Origin: a virus
Lineage: Duplodnaviria; Caudoviricetes
Reading direction: 5' to 3' (one strand)
IMG/VR virus record: IMGVR_UViG_2522572155_000001
Location: 1-64,000 of that record
Length of the DNA: 64,000 nt
The translations under genes were made by a program, and so were the position numbers. Shown here piece after piece: positions 49,101 to 57,814 of the stretch (the first letter of the stretch is position 1; every line of letters begins with the position of its first letter). The notes beneath the pieces were generated by a model. The model made no database searches. It was not told where the DNA came from and worked only from the letters and a program-made list of their open reading frames with translations.

Positions 49101-50936
49101 GTCGTGGGAGAACCATCCCTCGTCGGCGGGACGAATCTCGTACGGGTCTACAGAATCCGCGTTAGAGGGCGTTGACGCCTGACGAGTACTCGCCCACTCG
49201 TTCACACGCGCCATGTACTCGGGCTTCGGATCGGAGTTCTTCATCCCTAGCGGCTGGTCAACGCGCGCCATGTTCGACCGGAGGCCGGAGTAGAAGCTCA
49301 CATGCGGGATGTTGTCCGGGTCTCGGAGGGAGTGCGGGTAGTTCGACCAGCCAGCCGGGTCAATGCGGTGGTGAAGTTCCAGGACCGGGTGCCCTGCCGC
49401 CTTCGCATCCTCGTAGTACTCGGACAGCGGGCCGTAAGGGATGTCCACTCCGCTGTCATCCTCATCTGGGTCGAGCCAATCCCCCTGAGGGTGGCTGGCC
49501 CACATGCCCGCCGGAGAGTCGGAGTAGTCGCCGTTCCAGCAGTTGTGCATCAGTGCACCCTCGCGGTACACATCGCTCCAGGTGGTCGGACGGCGGATGG
49601 TCCAGCCGTCCGGGAAGGCGTGGACGACCTCGGACTGATCGGGTGCGCCAATGGCCGCCTCTACTTCGGCGGCGCGACGGAGCTTTTGCGTCCTGGTCTC
49701 CGCTCCCACGCGCTGGGAGTTTACAGAAGGCCCGTTCGCAGGCGCTGACGCGACGGTGCGATCGAAGAGCGACGCCTGTCCCTCGGGATCCTGGGTCGGC
49801 ACCACGGGCCACGGCTTGCCGTTGACGCCCGTGATGTTGACGGCGTCACCCGTGGGGACGCGCCACTCCTTGAGTGAGCCCATCGGGTAGCCGTGACCAT
49901 TCTTGACCGGCTGGGCCTCAACGACGCCGATGTGGTTCGGATTGACCTTAGCGAACCACTCGGGGTCGACACTAGTGAAGAGCGGGTCAGGCGGACCGCC
50001 GCTCCAGCCACGCATCGGCGCATACGGGTTACGCCACCACTCGAATGCCTCATGCGCCTGCTCCTCTGGCGAGAGGTGACGGTAGACGCTCTGGGCGGTG
50101 TAGATCGGCTTCTCAGGCGACCCGAGGGCGTAGGCGTCCTCGTAGGGGTAGTAGCCGTACTGCGCCCACTCCTCAGCCGGAAGGGTCTGAAATCCGCCGC
50201 TCATACCCTTTAGCGGGTGGCCCTCGGGTAGCAAGTGTGAGTAGAACGGCTTACGGCCCAGGAGGAGGTCATCAAGCGCGCGAGGATTGCCCCGCGACCA
50301 GTCATGGTCACCGAACATCTTGCGTAGCCACGGCTCCTTGGCTCCCTCGCCCTTCTCGGCCATCTCGACCAGGCGGTGGATCGGGAGGCGGCCGGAGGCA
50401 ACGTCGGCGCCCTCGCGCATGGCCATGAGGATGTTGTGCGCGATCGTCGGGTCGTCGGTCAGCGAGATCGTCTCATCGTCACCGCCGCCGAGTCCACGAC
50501 CGGCGTTGACGCCGTTGAGATCGAGTTCATGACGCGACCGCAGAACCCCGGACTTCAGAACGTCGGGCAGGTTCGTGGTGACGTGATAGAGCTTCTTCGG
50601 CAGCGGCTTCCAGGACCCGGTGTTCTCGTGGTACGGCGCCCAGGAGTTCGAGTCGGCCTCGTAACCGCTCGGGCGGTACCCGCGAGCCACCGCCTCTGCG
50701 GGGGTGAGACGGCCGGTCGCGATGGCATGGCGGGCGGCGCGATCCCACTCCTTCTCCAGGCTCCGAACCGTCTCGTGATCGCGGTCTAGGTGCCGCGTCC
50801 GCGCCCCGTAGTCCTCGTATGGCTCGTACGGCCGCTGCGAGGGATAGCCTCGATACTCGTCACGGGTCTGGTTGAGGATGTCGTGGTTCACCGGGATGAC
50901 CGGCATCGCCTTGCGCCTGAACGGATTACGCATCAT
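43191..50936 (-). CDS. Giant polyvalent protein: ART, PcfJ, GNAT, ParB-like, WTPG domain, second ART-like, Zn ribbons, second PcfJ, HicA-like, SH3-like, Pol-beta nucleotidyltransferase
   Basis: LYHVT..ISLT..KEWRV; EGALMHNC and EGDMMGHCVG..SLRD; HPEHRGKGL; LLDGWHR; LTGSLTTYQYADHSDVDV. Confidence 0.85.
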   Translation of the reverse strand: MMRNPFRRKAMPVIPVNHDILNQTRDEYRGYPSQRPYEPYEDYGARTRHLDRDHETVRSLEKEWDRAARHAIATGRLTPAEAVARGYRPSGYEADSNSWAPYHENTGSWKPLPKKLYHVTTNLPDVLKSGVLRSRHELDLNGVNAGRGLGGGDDETISLTDDPTIAHNILMAMREGADVASGRLPIHRLVEMAEKGEGAKEPWLRKMFGDHDWSRGNPRALDDLLLGRKPFYSHLLPEGHPLKGMSGGFQTLPAEEWAQYGYYPYEDAYALGSPEKPIYTAQSVYRHLSPEEQAHEAFEWWRNPYAPMRGWSGGPPDPLFTSVDPEWFAKVNPNHIGVVEAQPVKNGHGYPMGSLKEWRVPTGDAVNITGVNGKPWPVVPTQDPEGQASLFDRTVASAPANGPSVNSQRVGAETRTQKLRRAAEVEAAIGAPDQSEVVHAFPDGWTIRRPTTWSDVYREGALMHNCWNGDYSDSPAGMWASHPQGDWLDPDEDDSGVDIPYGPLSEYYEDAKAAGHPVLELHHRIDPAGWSNYPHSLRDPDNIPHVSFYSGLRSNMARVDQPLGMKNSDPKPEYMARVNEWASTRQASTPSNADSVDPYEIRPADEGWFSHDTGTFVPRFDSRGGDTLTTKHGQGDGRVAYYNGEPVASVTWQGVPGGIMLGSAYTHPEHRGKGLFNRLTEELRAGGQPIDAFHWDNPWLKNKVRDWSRMASAPPNGGSVESVAVISPEQVMEHMRALHKGSRGRSRVDNDIWWERMERKIHQHPSWTRTQHPLASIAGVGSLDVEPDRVNSLAQMPGPMPEVVIDHEGTLLDGWHRATVAHRRGDTHLPAYIPAAPAKASSVDQERTASTPLHMDWTPGEWGKGFLVNNEPVMWNVRAPGLAPHHDDVAATRCPWPQDYECPIVIHPSGWYTLSDSRSPDPNAIEKARRFAGGGLRFAPTYEHWEKMTRRSSVASARVRPYYRLLPSSIREQVLAEGMVPNPVTGNPMHFWDNLPEARRYAEICNGIEPHDLWEVHPRAVGRLKRDPWFKQVPADYWDPAPGRGRPGAWQSDVTHIAPERLRLVDDQDGEVTPSKTSAVNPPKRPYLMQFGAPCPRCGSDLSIVPEMNGYVCNGCSSGYTFGDRMKMHEQLIAPLGDALRALPETEHPLGPTTGSVTPSKWASVDEEWLLCPECGEHQMYLEQTGVPTLLCLGCGHRQMVGGDDPVPGREYPFEDMGAVPGEVDPRVLPEGLTPRQGATPHKSVKRRPHSHITTGQPCTCPWGAHTYMGRTASKFDWLAARPDMQTPEGEEFLRFLDEQGYRQADKLLPWVVREWRKGRLIPNDVGGLGVPGPGQSPLNPQTLAEIQRDLDQMKKARQGIDIMQLGAPELLTRITDWRADQEAKARKDLGEVVHEFPDGWTVRQLNNRHEMRDEGDMMGHCVGSYGDDAELGSSVFLSLRDRKNHPHATLQMTPDHAECANCGHDYGRYGHGQQCDHCGGVIRARVGPGSETTEYKGRSNQDVDDEYNDRMNEYLGTKGAEAAAYQPWWDDTYHMDGPESLTQLVGYNGGYVGGREHHLPDMHPYAQDQWYENEPEDYRIAQGDADEHGVEGPDLEIGDPNYEKIIGSMIEPDRFESSWNTWQDGRNQRVQVQPGYRPEWANFLLQHAKEAGHEDYLREALTEHMADNGVADWRKLRPLEFHQEIDPIAAQYYNHLGGALIPRWRSIEPYDPRPRPKRTPPGQETLFDRTVAKRHGPLQGGPVQSRNEHEEDRTHIGAGRPDDRRDLLGLPGADRAARADRRLSALPDAQSRLAANYKSEADFMAAEMPHWSLDKYNAQGHPMYSWPDANGNRHIVTGFGSVHGGGRGQPVPVQIGNIRRQLQRCEQGACDHVFTNAEHPMAQPVSTEDAQALFQRQLTHGQRVLLNGQPHYVTDIVNDPHEPLVSVVHAETGEENIVPPSQLRAARVATDFRRYPDSDLQMSAWNLMVNGDNLSRQDAIDRLVRIHPGTTPEMADKAMQNALMMWFEGESDGGPYEGPWWKRVIEEDINDSVKPDPRIPKRQGNVLDPIRDTLDPTVWDDPASPTPRLKHEHRLWIMDSIYSILSEAGYTGCEKWGSLYLTGSLTTYQYADHSDVDVSLFVDAEQFPEWSRSEMIGLMIQACDGLIMPGTTHELQTYVVARGIKPADLYQPGLRSGYNVIQDKWLVPPQPDLAHDPEHEENEAYTQALINADKMDRLLRYEPDKAVMFYRQLHRKRMRDQAAGKGDFAASNLTYKMLDNRGLLQQVTGLLAGAKLSSDVPDYFPEDWTPEPDPNTVPNHLITEYLKSLPPDKAEAEAETMARNIIEQQKAATGMDLIHDGKDYTDLLVYMKKVNLLGQCHNCHGTYKVVPGTGTLMGLPSDKCAYCRGDEKRPPPPRDLTVMKESEHGHPVVFDTTSKHNVTVEDQRQWSDYDECGQCGRPRSAHRYAEHELDEHRAIDEKLGYPRRSIEDFQGWQPIGLNHHFDGPPVEYHPWVEPQEHPNPCTETHHYDRESLEQAMRMGGGQFKDTYGTPHELINEGGHYRFRTVSEHNGSRNPYADPGFKVPVEDVHTALGYHQP
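45554..45688 (-). CDS. Nested 44-aa Zn-finger gene in an alternative frame of the 2581-aa ORF
   Basis: MKKIALT..CSGC..CPHC; GC-ending codons in this frame; TGGACC-N17-TACAAT upstream. Confidence 0.6.
   Translation of the reverse strand: MKKIALTSAQGGRTTVVTCSGCREPIALPGPTGVCPHCRTLNHA
47439..49745 (-). repeat. Six direct 27-bp dif-like repeats at 47439, 47694, 48405, 48774, 49146, 49719
   Basis: Coding-strand consensus RCGCCCTCTAA-N6-TTCTGTAGAC; spacings 255, 711, 369, 372, 573 bp. Confidence 0.85.
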
Positions 50937-53900
50937 ACATTCTGGCCGCGCTCAGCAGCGTTTCCGGGTTGTTGGCCGCCGGGTCTTCGAGCACGATGTC
51001 GGTGAGGTGACGTAGTACCTCGCCCATCTGCGGGCCGGGCGTGAAGCCAGCACGGATGAGGTCGTGCCCGTTGATCGCCAGATGGCTCGCGTTCGTGGGC
51101 TCGCCCGCTTCACGTACTCTGTTCACCAGTTCGCGCTGCTTATCCACGTTGAGCTTCGGATCGCTCGGGTATTCCAGCTTGCCGCCCTGGTCGGCCTGGC
51201 GCAGGAGGAGAAGGTCATCGGCGTTCTCGTCGCCCACCTTGTTGATGAACTTTCGCGCGCCGTTGGTGGAGTGGAAGGCAGGGAACATGTGATGGCGCAC
51301 GATGTGCGTCATGTAGCCGATGTCGTCGTTGGAGACGCGGAGGTCACGCAAGTCCTGCTCGAACTGGTCAGCCCCGAGCGGAGCGTGGTCGGCTCCCCAT
51401 ACAGTGCGGGATCCGTTCGGATTCTCCTGGCGCCACTCGTAGTAGTGACCCTCGCCGTCCTGCCCGCAGGTGGGGCACACCTTGCCGGGGATCGGGTTCT
51501 TCACGCGTAGGCCGGTGGCGTGGTCGGTCTGCGAGCACGGCTTGCACTCGAACCACTGCGAGTCCACCTTGCCGTTGTCGTGGTTCGCCGCCGCTAGCTG
51601 GAGTAGCGGGTGTGCCCCGAGTTGCTTGGCGTGACGGAGGACGAGCAGGTTGTGCTCTCCGAGGTCGCCCTCGGGGTGATGCGGGTTGTACTGCTCGAAG
51701 CCCATCGTGCGGGCGAGGCCGGGTAGGAAGTAGGGGAGAGTGCCTGTCTCGTGCGCGAGCCGCAGCGACCGCTCGGTGTACGGCGCGGGCTTGGGTTCCC
51801 GCGTTTCGGGGTCGAGCCCGAACATCTTGAAGAGTTCATTGCGCTTGCGATCGGCCGGGAGGTGCACGAGGCGATCGGCGTACATCGCCATCTGTGCCTT
51901 GGTCATCTCGTCGGGTTCGAGTCCGTGGCGCGCGTTGAGCGCGAGCGCGCGCATGATCCGCAGCGGGTCGTCCTCGAAGCTCTTGGTCGAGGTGGTCGAG
52001 AACGTGCCGTGCCGGATGGCGTCGGCGCCGCCGTAGGGGTCCACGAGCTTGCCGGTGTCGAGGTCGACGCCCATCGCGTTGACATTGAAGTCTCGCCGGG
52101 CGAAGTCTTCCTCGGGGGTCATCGTATGGTCGGCCTGCACGTCGAAGTCGGTGTGCTCGGGGCCGGTCGAGCGCTCGCGACGGGGGAGGGCGATCTCGAT
52201 GACCTCGCCGTCCTGGCGATAGCGGATGACGCTGAAGTCCTGGCCGTGCTGCATGACCTTACCGGGGAGCCTGCGCAGGGCGGCCAGCACCTGCTGATGC
52301 GGGAGCCCGGTGACCATCAGGTCCAAGTCCTTGGGGGCCTCGCCCATGACGGCGTCGCGGACCGCGCCGCCGACCACGTAGACGTGCCCGCCCTCCTGCT
52401 TGAGGGCCTGGTAGACGCGCCAGGCAAGGTCATCCTGGGCGACGAGGTTGGCGATGTGCTGGCCGATCTCCATGTTGGACGTGATCGGCCGTGCCGACAC
52501 GGGCTGGTATGCGGGATTGGGGGCGAACTTCCAGCCTCCGGGGCCGTCGTCGCTGATGCCGGTCATGACGTGCGTGCCGACGATCGCGTGCGGAGGGATA
52601 GTGCCCTGGTGTGCGAGCGAGTGATGCTGGTCGCTTTCGAGGATCACTTGCGTGAGTTCGGGATTGTCTCCCAGGCCAACTCCCTCCGCCCACCTGCCCT
52701 TGTTGTCGTACTCGCCGGTGTCCCACATCCCAGTAGGAGTGGCGTCCTCGTCGGGGTTGATGTTCTCCGGGTCGAGATAGCGCGGATCTACCTCAACTAC
52801 CGTGGCGTCATCTGACGCGGTCGTGGGAGCGATGTTCCACGCAAAGTCCTTGTCGTTAGTTAGGTACACGTGGCCCGGGCGCGGGGTCATCCTCGGGTCC
52901 CAGTTATGCTGACCTAGCTCATCCCACGGACGCAGACCCTGGCGGGTGATGTCAGCGGCACGACTGCTCGTCGTGCCATGGTAGAGCTTCTCCCACTTAG
53001 GCCAACCCTGGTAGCGAGACCGTGCTAGTTCCGGCTGCGTCTCGTCCTCCCAATAGCCTTCATCAACCGGGCGGGCGACGCGTGCCAGCTTCGTGTCGTT
53101 ACCTGCGTCGTCGCGCAGATGGACCGACTTGATGACGAATTCCGGGTGCTGGTAATACCAGAGTTCCAGCATGTGCCGAACCGTGTAGGGCATGTTGGTG
53201 AGCGAGCGGACGATTACCTTGCCGCCCGGCTCGTATGTGCCCTCAACGATGCCGCCCGGGGTGAACTTGCCCTGGATGTCGGAGTGGCGCTCGCCGGGGT
53301 GACCGACTGTCACGGAGTCCTCGTCCACGTCATAGATGAACGGTACGGCACCTTCAAGGAGCTTGGAGGGATCCTGGTCGGCCGACCAGCGGTAGATACG
53401 GTGCCCGGCATGGATGAAGCCCATCCGGGTGAGGACGTGGAACTCTTCAGTCGCCGCAAGCCGCTGCCCGTCCGGCGAGTACTCAGCGGCGAGGTGCATG
53501 TGGAGGTCCGTGTAGACTCGCTGAAGGCGCGAGAGGATCGCGTCAGTGACGTGGAATCCCACGGGTGAGGAAATCCAGGTGAGCAACGGGCCTTCGAGGG
53601 CAGCGCAGCCAACCGGCGATCCGTTCTCGTAGGCCGTGTAGTAGGTGCTCTCTGCGTGGCGGAAGTAGCGGTGATTGACACCGGGTACCTTGTCTGCCTC
53701 TGCATTGCTCGTGCGGAGGATGACGCCCTCGAAACGGGAGAAGTTCGCCCCCGGAGGACCGGGCGGGCCATCCGGGTAAGCCGAGCGGGGCATAGGGAAG
53801 TGGCGCAGGAAGTAGTCGCGCACGAAGTCGTGCGTGGCGGGCACCACCGCACTGACACCGCCGTTCAGGAAGATGAGACGGTCGCCGCCAGCAACGTTGA

Positions 53901-55530
53901 CCGAATCGAACCCATTCGCGGCCAACCAGTTAGCCGCCTCAGCCAAGTCACTCTGCACGTCCCCCTCAAAGGCGTGCGGATCAGCCTTGATCTCCTCAGG
54001 ACTCCACGCCTGCCCGAAGCCAACCTGTCCAACCGGCTGATCGCCACGGTAGACGTAGATGCCGAACCCGCGAGTGGCGAGATCAGCATCCCAGGGCCAC
54101 GGCCCGCGTCCATGAGCCGCAACGACGTTCGTCGGCTCGAAGCTCTGCTCGGAGAAGTTGGGCGGGAAGGTGGCGTCCTGGTCAGGAAGCTCGGGGAACT
54201 TGGACGGCTGCACCGTGGTGTCGGTCGTCCCCATCGGCTCCTCCTGCTCACGGTGACGAATGTAGAGGTCCCAGCGGGGGAAAATCTGGTCGCACTCGGG
54301 GCACTTGAAGACTCCACCGGGCGCGCGCTCGTCACGCTGCGGCTCGTTGAAGAACTGGCCGCCCTCGGGCTCGTTGTCGGTTGGGCTCCAGAGGTTGTCG
54401 GTCTGTAGGTCTTCGATGCGCTTGACGACGTTATCCCCGGCCATCAGGCGCAGACCGCTGTCTGTTGCCCACTCGCTCAGTGCGGTGAACAGGTACGGGC
54501 GATCCCGGAAGCGCGCCACCTTGGCGACAGCACCTTCGATGTGAATCGCGCCGGTTACGGCGGCCTCCCTGGGTCCCACGCCGTAGTCAGCTTCGATCGC
54601 CGTGGCGAGGTCCCATGCGGAGCGCGCGAGCAGCAGATGCTCTGTATCAGGTAGCCAGGCGTAGATCAGGCGGGATGACTTCTTCGGAGCGAAGTCATCG
54701 TTGATCGGCTGCCCGCTGGAGTCCACGAGCCCGCCCCACTCCCAGCCCACGTGCTTGTCGTAGTCCTTGAGCACCCGCTCCAGGGCGTGGAGAGCGATGT
54801 TCGACCGTAGCTGCCAGTTGGCGCTGCCCATATTGACCGTCACGAATCCGGCGGCGAACGGGCCGGTGTGGTCGACCGGGATCCCGGCCTGGCGAGCTAG
54901 CTCCTCGTGGGAGTCGTCGGCCGAGAGATGAAGGTTGCCATTGCCGTAGACGACGTTGTAGGTCTTCGGGCCGTCCGGGGCTCCGGGGGTGTCGTGGAGA
55001 TAGCGCTGGTTGTAGTTCTCGACCGCCTGCGCCTCCTCGCCGGGGTAGGCGTCTCCGAGGTCGAACGCGAGCTTGGCGTAGCGGCCCTCTAGCGCGCGAT
55101 CGGCGCGCGACATGAAGCGGACAGTGCGCGGCTCCGGATCGATGTCCGGGATGACCTCATGCCCGGCGAAGATAGGATGAGTAGTTCGCTTGTAGAGCAT
55201 CGGTGCCGTCCTCCACCGAAGGTGCTCCGGGTGAAGCCGCAGGCCGGGATCCTCTTCGTCCAGCCGGATGCCCTCGATAGACGGATCGGCAGGCGGTAGG
55301 ACGTGGCGATCACCGCAGATATCCAGAGCGTGCTTGCCGTCCGTCCAAAAGTAACAACCATCCTTGCGCCCGACGTGTCCCCCGAGCTTGCTCTGAAGCC
55401 AGCGTGAGGTGACGTAGCACTGGCCCACCGCAGGTACCGGGTGACCACGAAAGGCGTCAGGGCGCGTGTCATCAGACCACGCCTGCGTCGCGGCATTCTG
55501 GAGGGCATGGATTTGATCCTGGCTAAGCAT
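50926..55530 (-). CDS. Polyvalent protein: YunG-like domain, Zn finger, GNAT-like, Tpt1/KptA-like ART, class II CCA tRNA nucleotidyltransferase with HD domain
   Basis: AWS..GQCYVTS..LGG; LYHGT..GLRP..VYLT..TIPP; [34 protein letters not shown]. Confidence 0.88.
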   Translation of the reverse strand: MLSQDQIHALQNAATQAWSDDTRPDAFRGHPVPAVGQCYVTSRWLQSKLGGHVGRKDGCYFWTDGKHALDICGDRHVLPPADPSIEGIRLDEEDPGLRLHPEHLRWRTAPMLYKRTTHPIFAGHEVIPDIDPEPRTVRFMSRADRALEGRYAKLAFDLGDAYPGEEAQAVENYNQRYLHDTPGAPDGPKTYNVVYGNGNLHLSADDSHEELARQAGIPVDHTGPFAAGFVTVNMGSANWQLRSNIALHALERVLKDYDKHVGWEWGGLVDSSGQPINDDFAPKKSSRLIYAWLPDTEHLLLARSAWDLATAIEADYGVGPREAAVTGAIHIEGAVAKVARFRDRPYLFTALSEWATDSGLRLMAGDNVVKRIEDLQTDNLWSPTDNEPEGGQFFNEPQRDERAPGGVFKCPECDQIFPRWDLYIRHREQEEPMGTTDTTVQPSKFPELPDQDATFPPNFSEQSFEPTNVVAAHGRGPWPWDADLATRGFGIYVYRGDQPVGQVGFGQAWSPEEIKADPHAFEGDVQSDLAEAANWLAANGFDSVNVAGGDRLIFLNGGVSAVVPATHDFVRDYFLRHFPMPRSAYPDGPPGPPGANFSRFEGVILRTSNAEADKVPGVNHRYFRHAESTYYTAYENGSPVGCAALEGPLLTWISSPVGFHVTDAILSRLQRVYTDLHMHLAAEYSPDGQRLAATEEFHVLTRMGFIHAGHRIYRWSADQDPSKLLEGAVPFIYDVDEDSVTVGHPGERHSDIQGKFTPGGIVEGTYEPGGKVIVRSLTNMPYTVRHMLELWYYQHPEFVIKSVHLRDDAGNDTKLARVARPVDEGYWEDETQPELARSRYQGWPKWEKLYHGTTSSRAADITRQGLRPWDELGQHNWDPRMTPRPGHVYLTNDKDFAWNIAPTTASDDATVVEVDPRYLDPENINPDEDATPTGMWDTGEYDNKGRWAEGVGLGDNPELTQVILESDQHHSLAHQGTIPPHAIVGTHVMTGISDDGPGGWKFAPNPAYQPVSARPITSNMEIGQHIANLVAQDDLAWRVYQALKQEGGHVYVVGGAVRDAVMGEAPKDLDLMVTGLPHQQVLAALRRLPGKVMQHGQDFSVIRYRQDGEVIEIALPRRERSTGPEHTDFDVQADHTMTPEEDFARRDFNVNAMGVDLDTGKLVDPYGGADAIRHGTFSTTSTKSFEDDPLRIMRALALNARHGLEPDEMTKAQMAMYADRLVHLPADRKRNELFKMFGLDPETREPKPAPYTERSLRLAHETGTLPYFLPGLARTMGFEQYNPHHPEGDLGEHNLLVLRHAKQLGAHPLLQLAAANHDNGKVDSQWFECKPCSQTDHATGLRVKNPIPGKVCPTCGQDGEGHYYEWRQENPNGSRTVWGADHAPLGADQFEQDLRDLRVSNDDIGYMTHIVRHHMFPAFHSTNGARKFINKVGDENADDLLLLRQADQGGKLEYPSDPKLNVDKQRELVNRVREAGEPTNASHLAINGHDLIRAGFTPGPQMGEVLRHLTDIVLEDPAANNPETLLSAARMYDA

Positions 55531-56303
55531 TAGAAGTGGTTGATCGCGTCGTCTGCGTCCGGCGCATCCTGGACCGTCGGGCTCGGGTGATCCGGTTCCA
55601 GAAAGGGGTTACGGAAGGGAACTTCCTCTATGAGCTTCGGCACGGTATGCGCGCGGTAGGCGAAGATGCCTTCGAAGCGTCTGCCGCCGATGGTTACGCC
55701 CGCGAGCGGCATCTCCTTGACGTAGATGTCGGCTACCGACCGGCGATAGTCGAGCATGACGAGGATGCCAAGCACACCCTTGTATCCCATCTTCGCCGCC
55801 GTTTCGTTCTTACTAGCCTTCTCGCTTGGGCGTCCGGCGATGAAGCGATGGTTCTTTGCGTCTACCGCGACGGCCTTGACCTCGATGCCCCACTCTGCCG
55901 TGCCCCCGTCGAGGGGCGAGTTGTAGATATCGGACCACCATGTGATCGGCCCGTAACCCGGAATCTCTCCGAGGCCCTTCACGATGTTCTCGGCCAGCCG
56001 CCCCTGCTCGGTCGGAGAGAGCCCGACGATAGTGCGACCTCCCGGCGTGAAGCGACCCTGAGCGAACGGAGCCGGGTCGAGGAGGTTGTATGTCTTCCGG
56101 CACGACGGGCAGGTGAAGGCGTCATACTCGTCGTGCGTCGCCAGACGGTCCGGGTGGATGTGATAGTCGCACACCGGGTTGTAACACTTCTCGAACCCTG
56201 CCTGCTGGAGGGTGGCGGCTTCCTGAGCGGACCCCGCGACCTGACCCTCGGGCGAGGTGTCAACATTGTTCAGAGTCGAGACGGGGATCTGCTCAGGAGC
56301 CAT
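55530..56303 (-). CDS. Zn ribbon plus PD-(D/E)XK nuclease-like protein
   Basis: GRLAE..PLD..IEVK. Confidence 0.7.
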   Translation of the reverse strand: MAPEQIPVSTLNNVDTSPEGQVAGSAQEAATLQQAGFEKCYNPVCDYHIHPDRLATHDEYDAFTCPSCRKTYNLLDPAPFAQGRFTPGGRTIVGLSPTEQGRLAENIVKGLGEIPGYGPITWWSDIYNSPLDGGTAEWGIEVKAVAVDAKNHRFIAGRPSEKASKNETAAKMGYKGVLGILVMLDYRRSVADIYVKEMPLAGVTIGGRRFEGIFAYRAHTVPKLIEEVPFRNPFLEPDHPSPTVQDAPDADDAINHF

Positions 56304-56309
56304 TACCTA

Positions 56310-57814
56310 TTAGTCCTCAGGAGTAACGCGCTTCCAGTGCTCGGCCATAGCCGCTTCGAGTTCCGGTCCGTCACATGTAGAGCAGAGCCGGAGGGGGATG
56401 TCCTTGGCGAACTCCAAGGCGGTGATCTCGTCCGGGAGGACCACTAGCTCGCGCGGTGACTGACCGGCACGTTCGCGGTCCTTCTTGCATCCTTGGCAGT
56501 ACTTAGACGGGCTTGCATCCAACGCCACAGGTCAGTCCTCTCTTTCCGATCTTGCGGGCCTCCCGGCGGCACTTGACGCAGCGCGTCTCTCCTCCGGTGC
56601 ACTTGGCGAACTGCGCGGAGGGAGCGGCGTATACCGTGCCTCCGCACTCGCAGTTCCATTCATTCTTGATTGGGCGGTCATTCACCACCCGGCGGGAGAA
56701 GACGTGTCCCCTACCGTCCATTGCGCTTGCGCATCCTCTCTCGAATCGACTTCTGAAGTACCTCCTGGCCGAGTTCCATCGCCTCGGCTTCAAGAAGGTC
56801 AACCGAGTTCTGGTCCATGGCGGCCGAGATGCGGTTCGGGTACATGTCAACTACTCCGTGGACCTGTTCCTTCGTGATCCACATGAGCACGAAGCCCTCT
56901 GACCCACGCGCTTCCTCTACCGCGTGCTCGAAGAGCGCGCGGAGGTAGTCGCGGTTCTCCTGCTCATGGTTACCGCCGCAGCCCGGGCAGACATCATTCG
57001 CCCCGATGGGATTGTCGAGGTCTAGTACCTGTTCGGCGGCTTCGCGCTCGATCGCATCCTCTACGAAGTCCTTGACGCTCGGCGCCCGCACGACGTGGAA
57101 GTGACTCGGGTAGGTCCAACCGTCTTCCTGGCCGGGGCGGTAGAGCCAGTGATCGCGGTCCCACTTGACGTAGATCATCTCGAAGCCGTCCTCATCGACC
57201 TTGGCGTCAACGACGGTCCCTCGCCACCCAGCGGTAGCTACCACGTAGAAGTCGGCGCCGGACTCCGTTACCTCAACGGTGAGGCCAACGAGGTTCGTGA
57301 CATCGCTCATGGCAGTAGCCGCCGCAAGCGGGGAACGAGGTCATCCACGAGTTCCTCCACGTGAATGTTGGTGAGCGGGTAGGTTTCGAGGTAATCGAGG
57401 ATGTCTCGAATCTCGGCCGCAAGGTCACGATCGCGAGCAGACACGCGGCCCCTCGCCTCAGCGACCTGAGCCTCAAGATCGGCGCGCACATCTTCGGCGT
57501 CAACGAACGAACCGAGAGTTTGCCCCGTGAACGGCGAGTCCTGGGAGTGGAAGCCGTAGCTGGGTGACCAGCCTGCGCGTCCGACCTCCTCACTCATCCT
57601 CGGGCTCCTCGGCGGACTCGATGTAGCCTTCGAGCTTCAGGAGCGCGTCGGCTACGGCATTGGTCAGCGGTGAGCGGCGCACGCGCGTGTCTAGCTTGCG
57701 GTACTGCGACGCGAGGTCTTCCGCCTGGAGGACGTTGTGAACCGCGTTGAGGGTGTCCCGGATCAGGGTAAGGTCGCCTACGAGGATCGGTGCTTCCTTC
57801 GTGGGATCAGGCAT
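56310..57814 (-). CDS. Hypothetical genes (57590-57814, 57307-57597, 56711-57310, 56503-~56721 Zn finger, 56310-56528 Zn finger)
   Basis: Overlapping stop/start chain. Confidence 0.7.

Noticed and set aside
47439-49745. The dispersed repeats read as a CRISPR array
   Set aside because: Intervals are 255-711 bp and coding, the repeat has a variable core, and no cas genes are present
43191-55530. Inteins as the cause of the giant ORF length
   Set aside because: No intein block or LAGLIDADG signatures recognised; discrete domains account for the length
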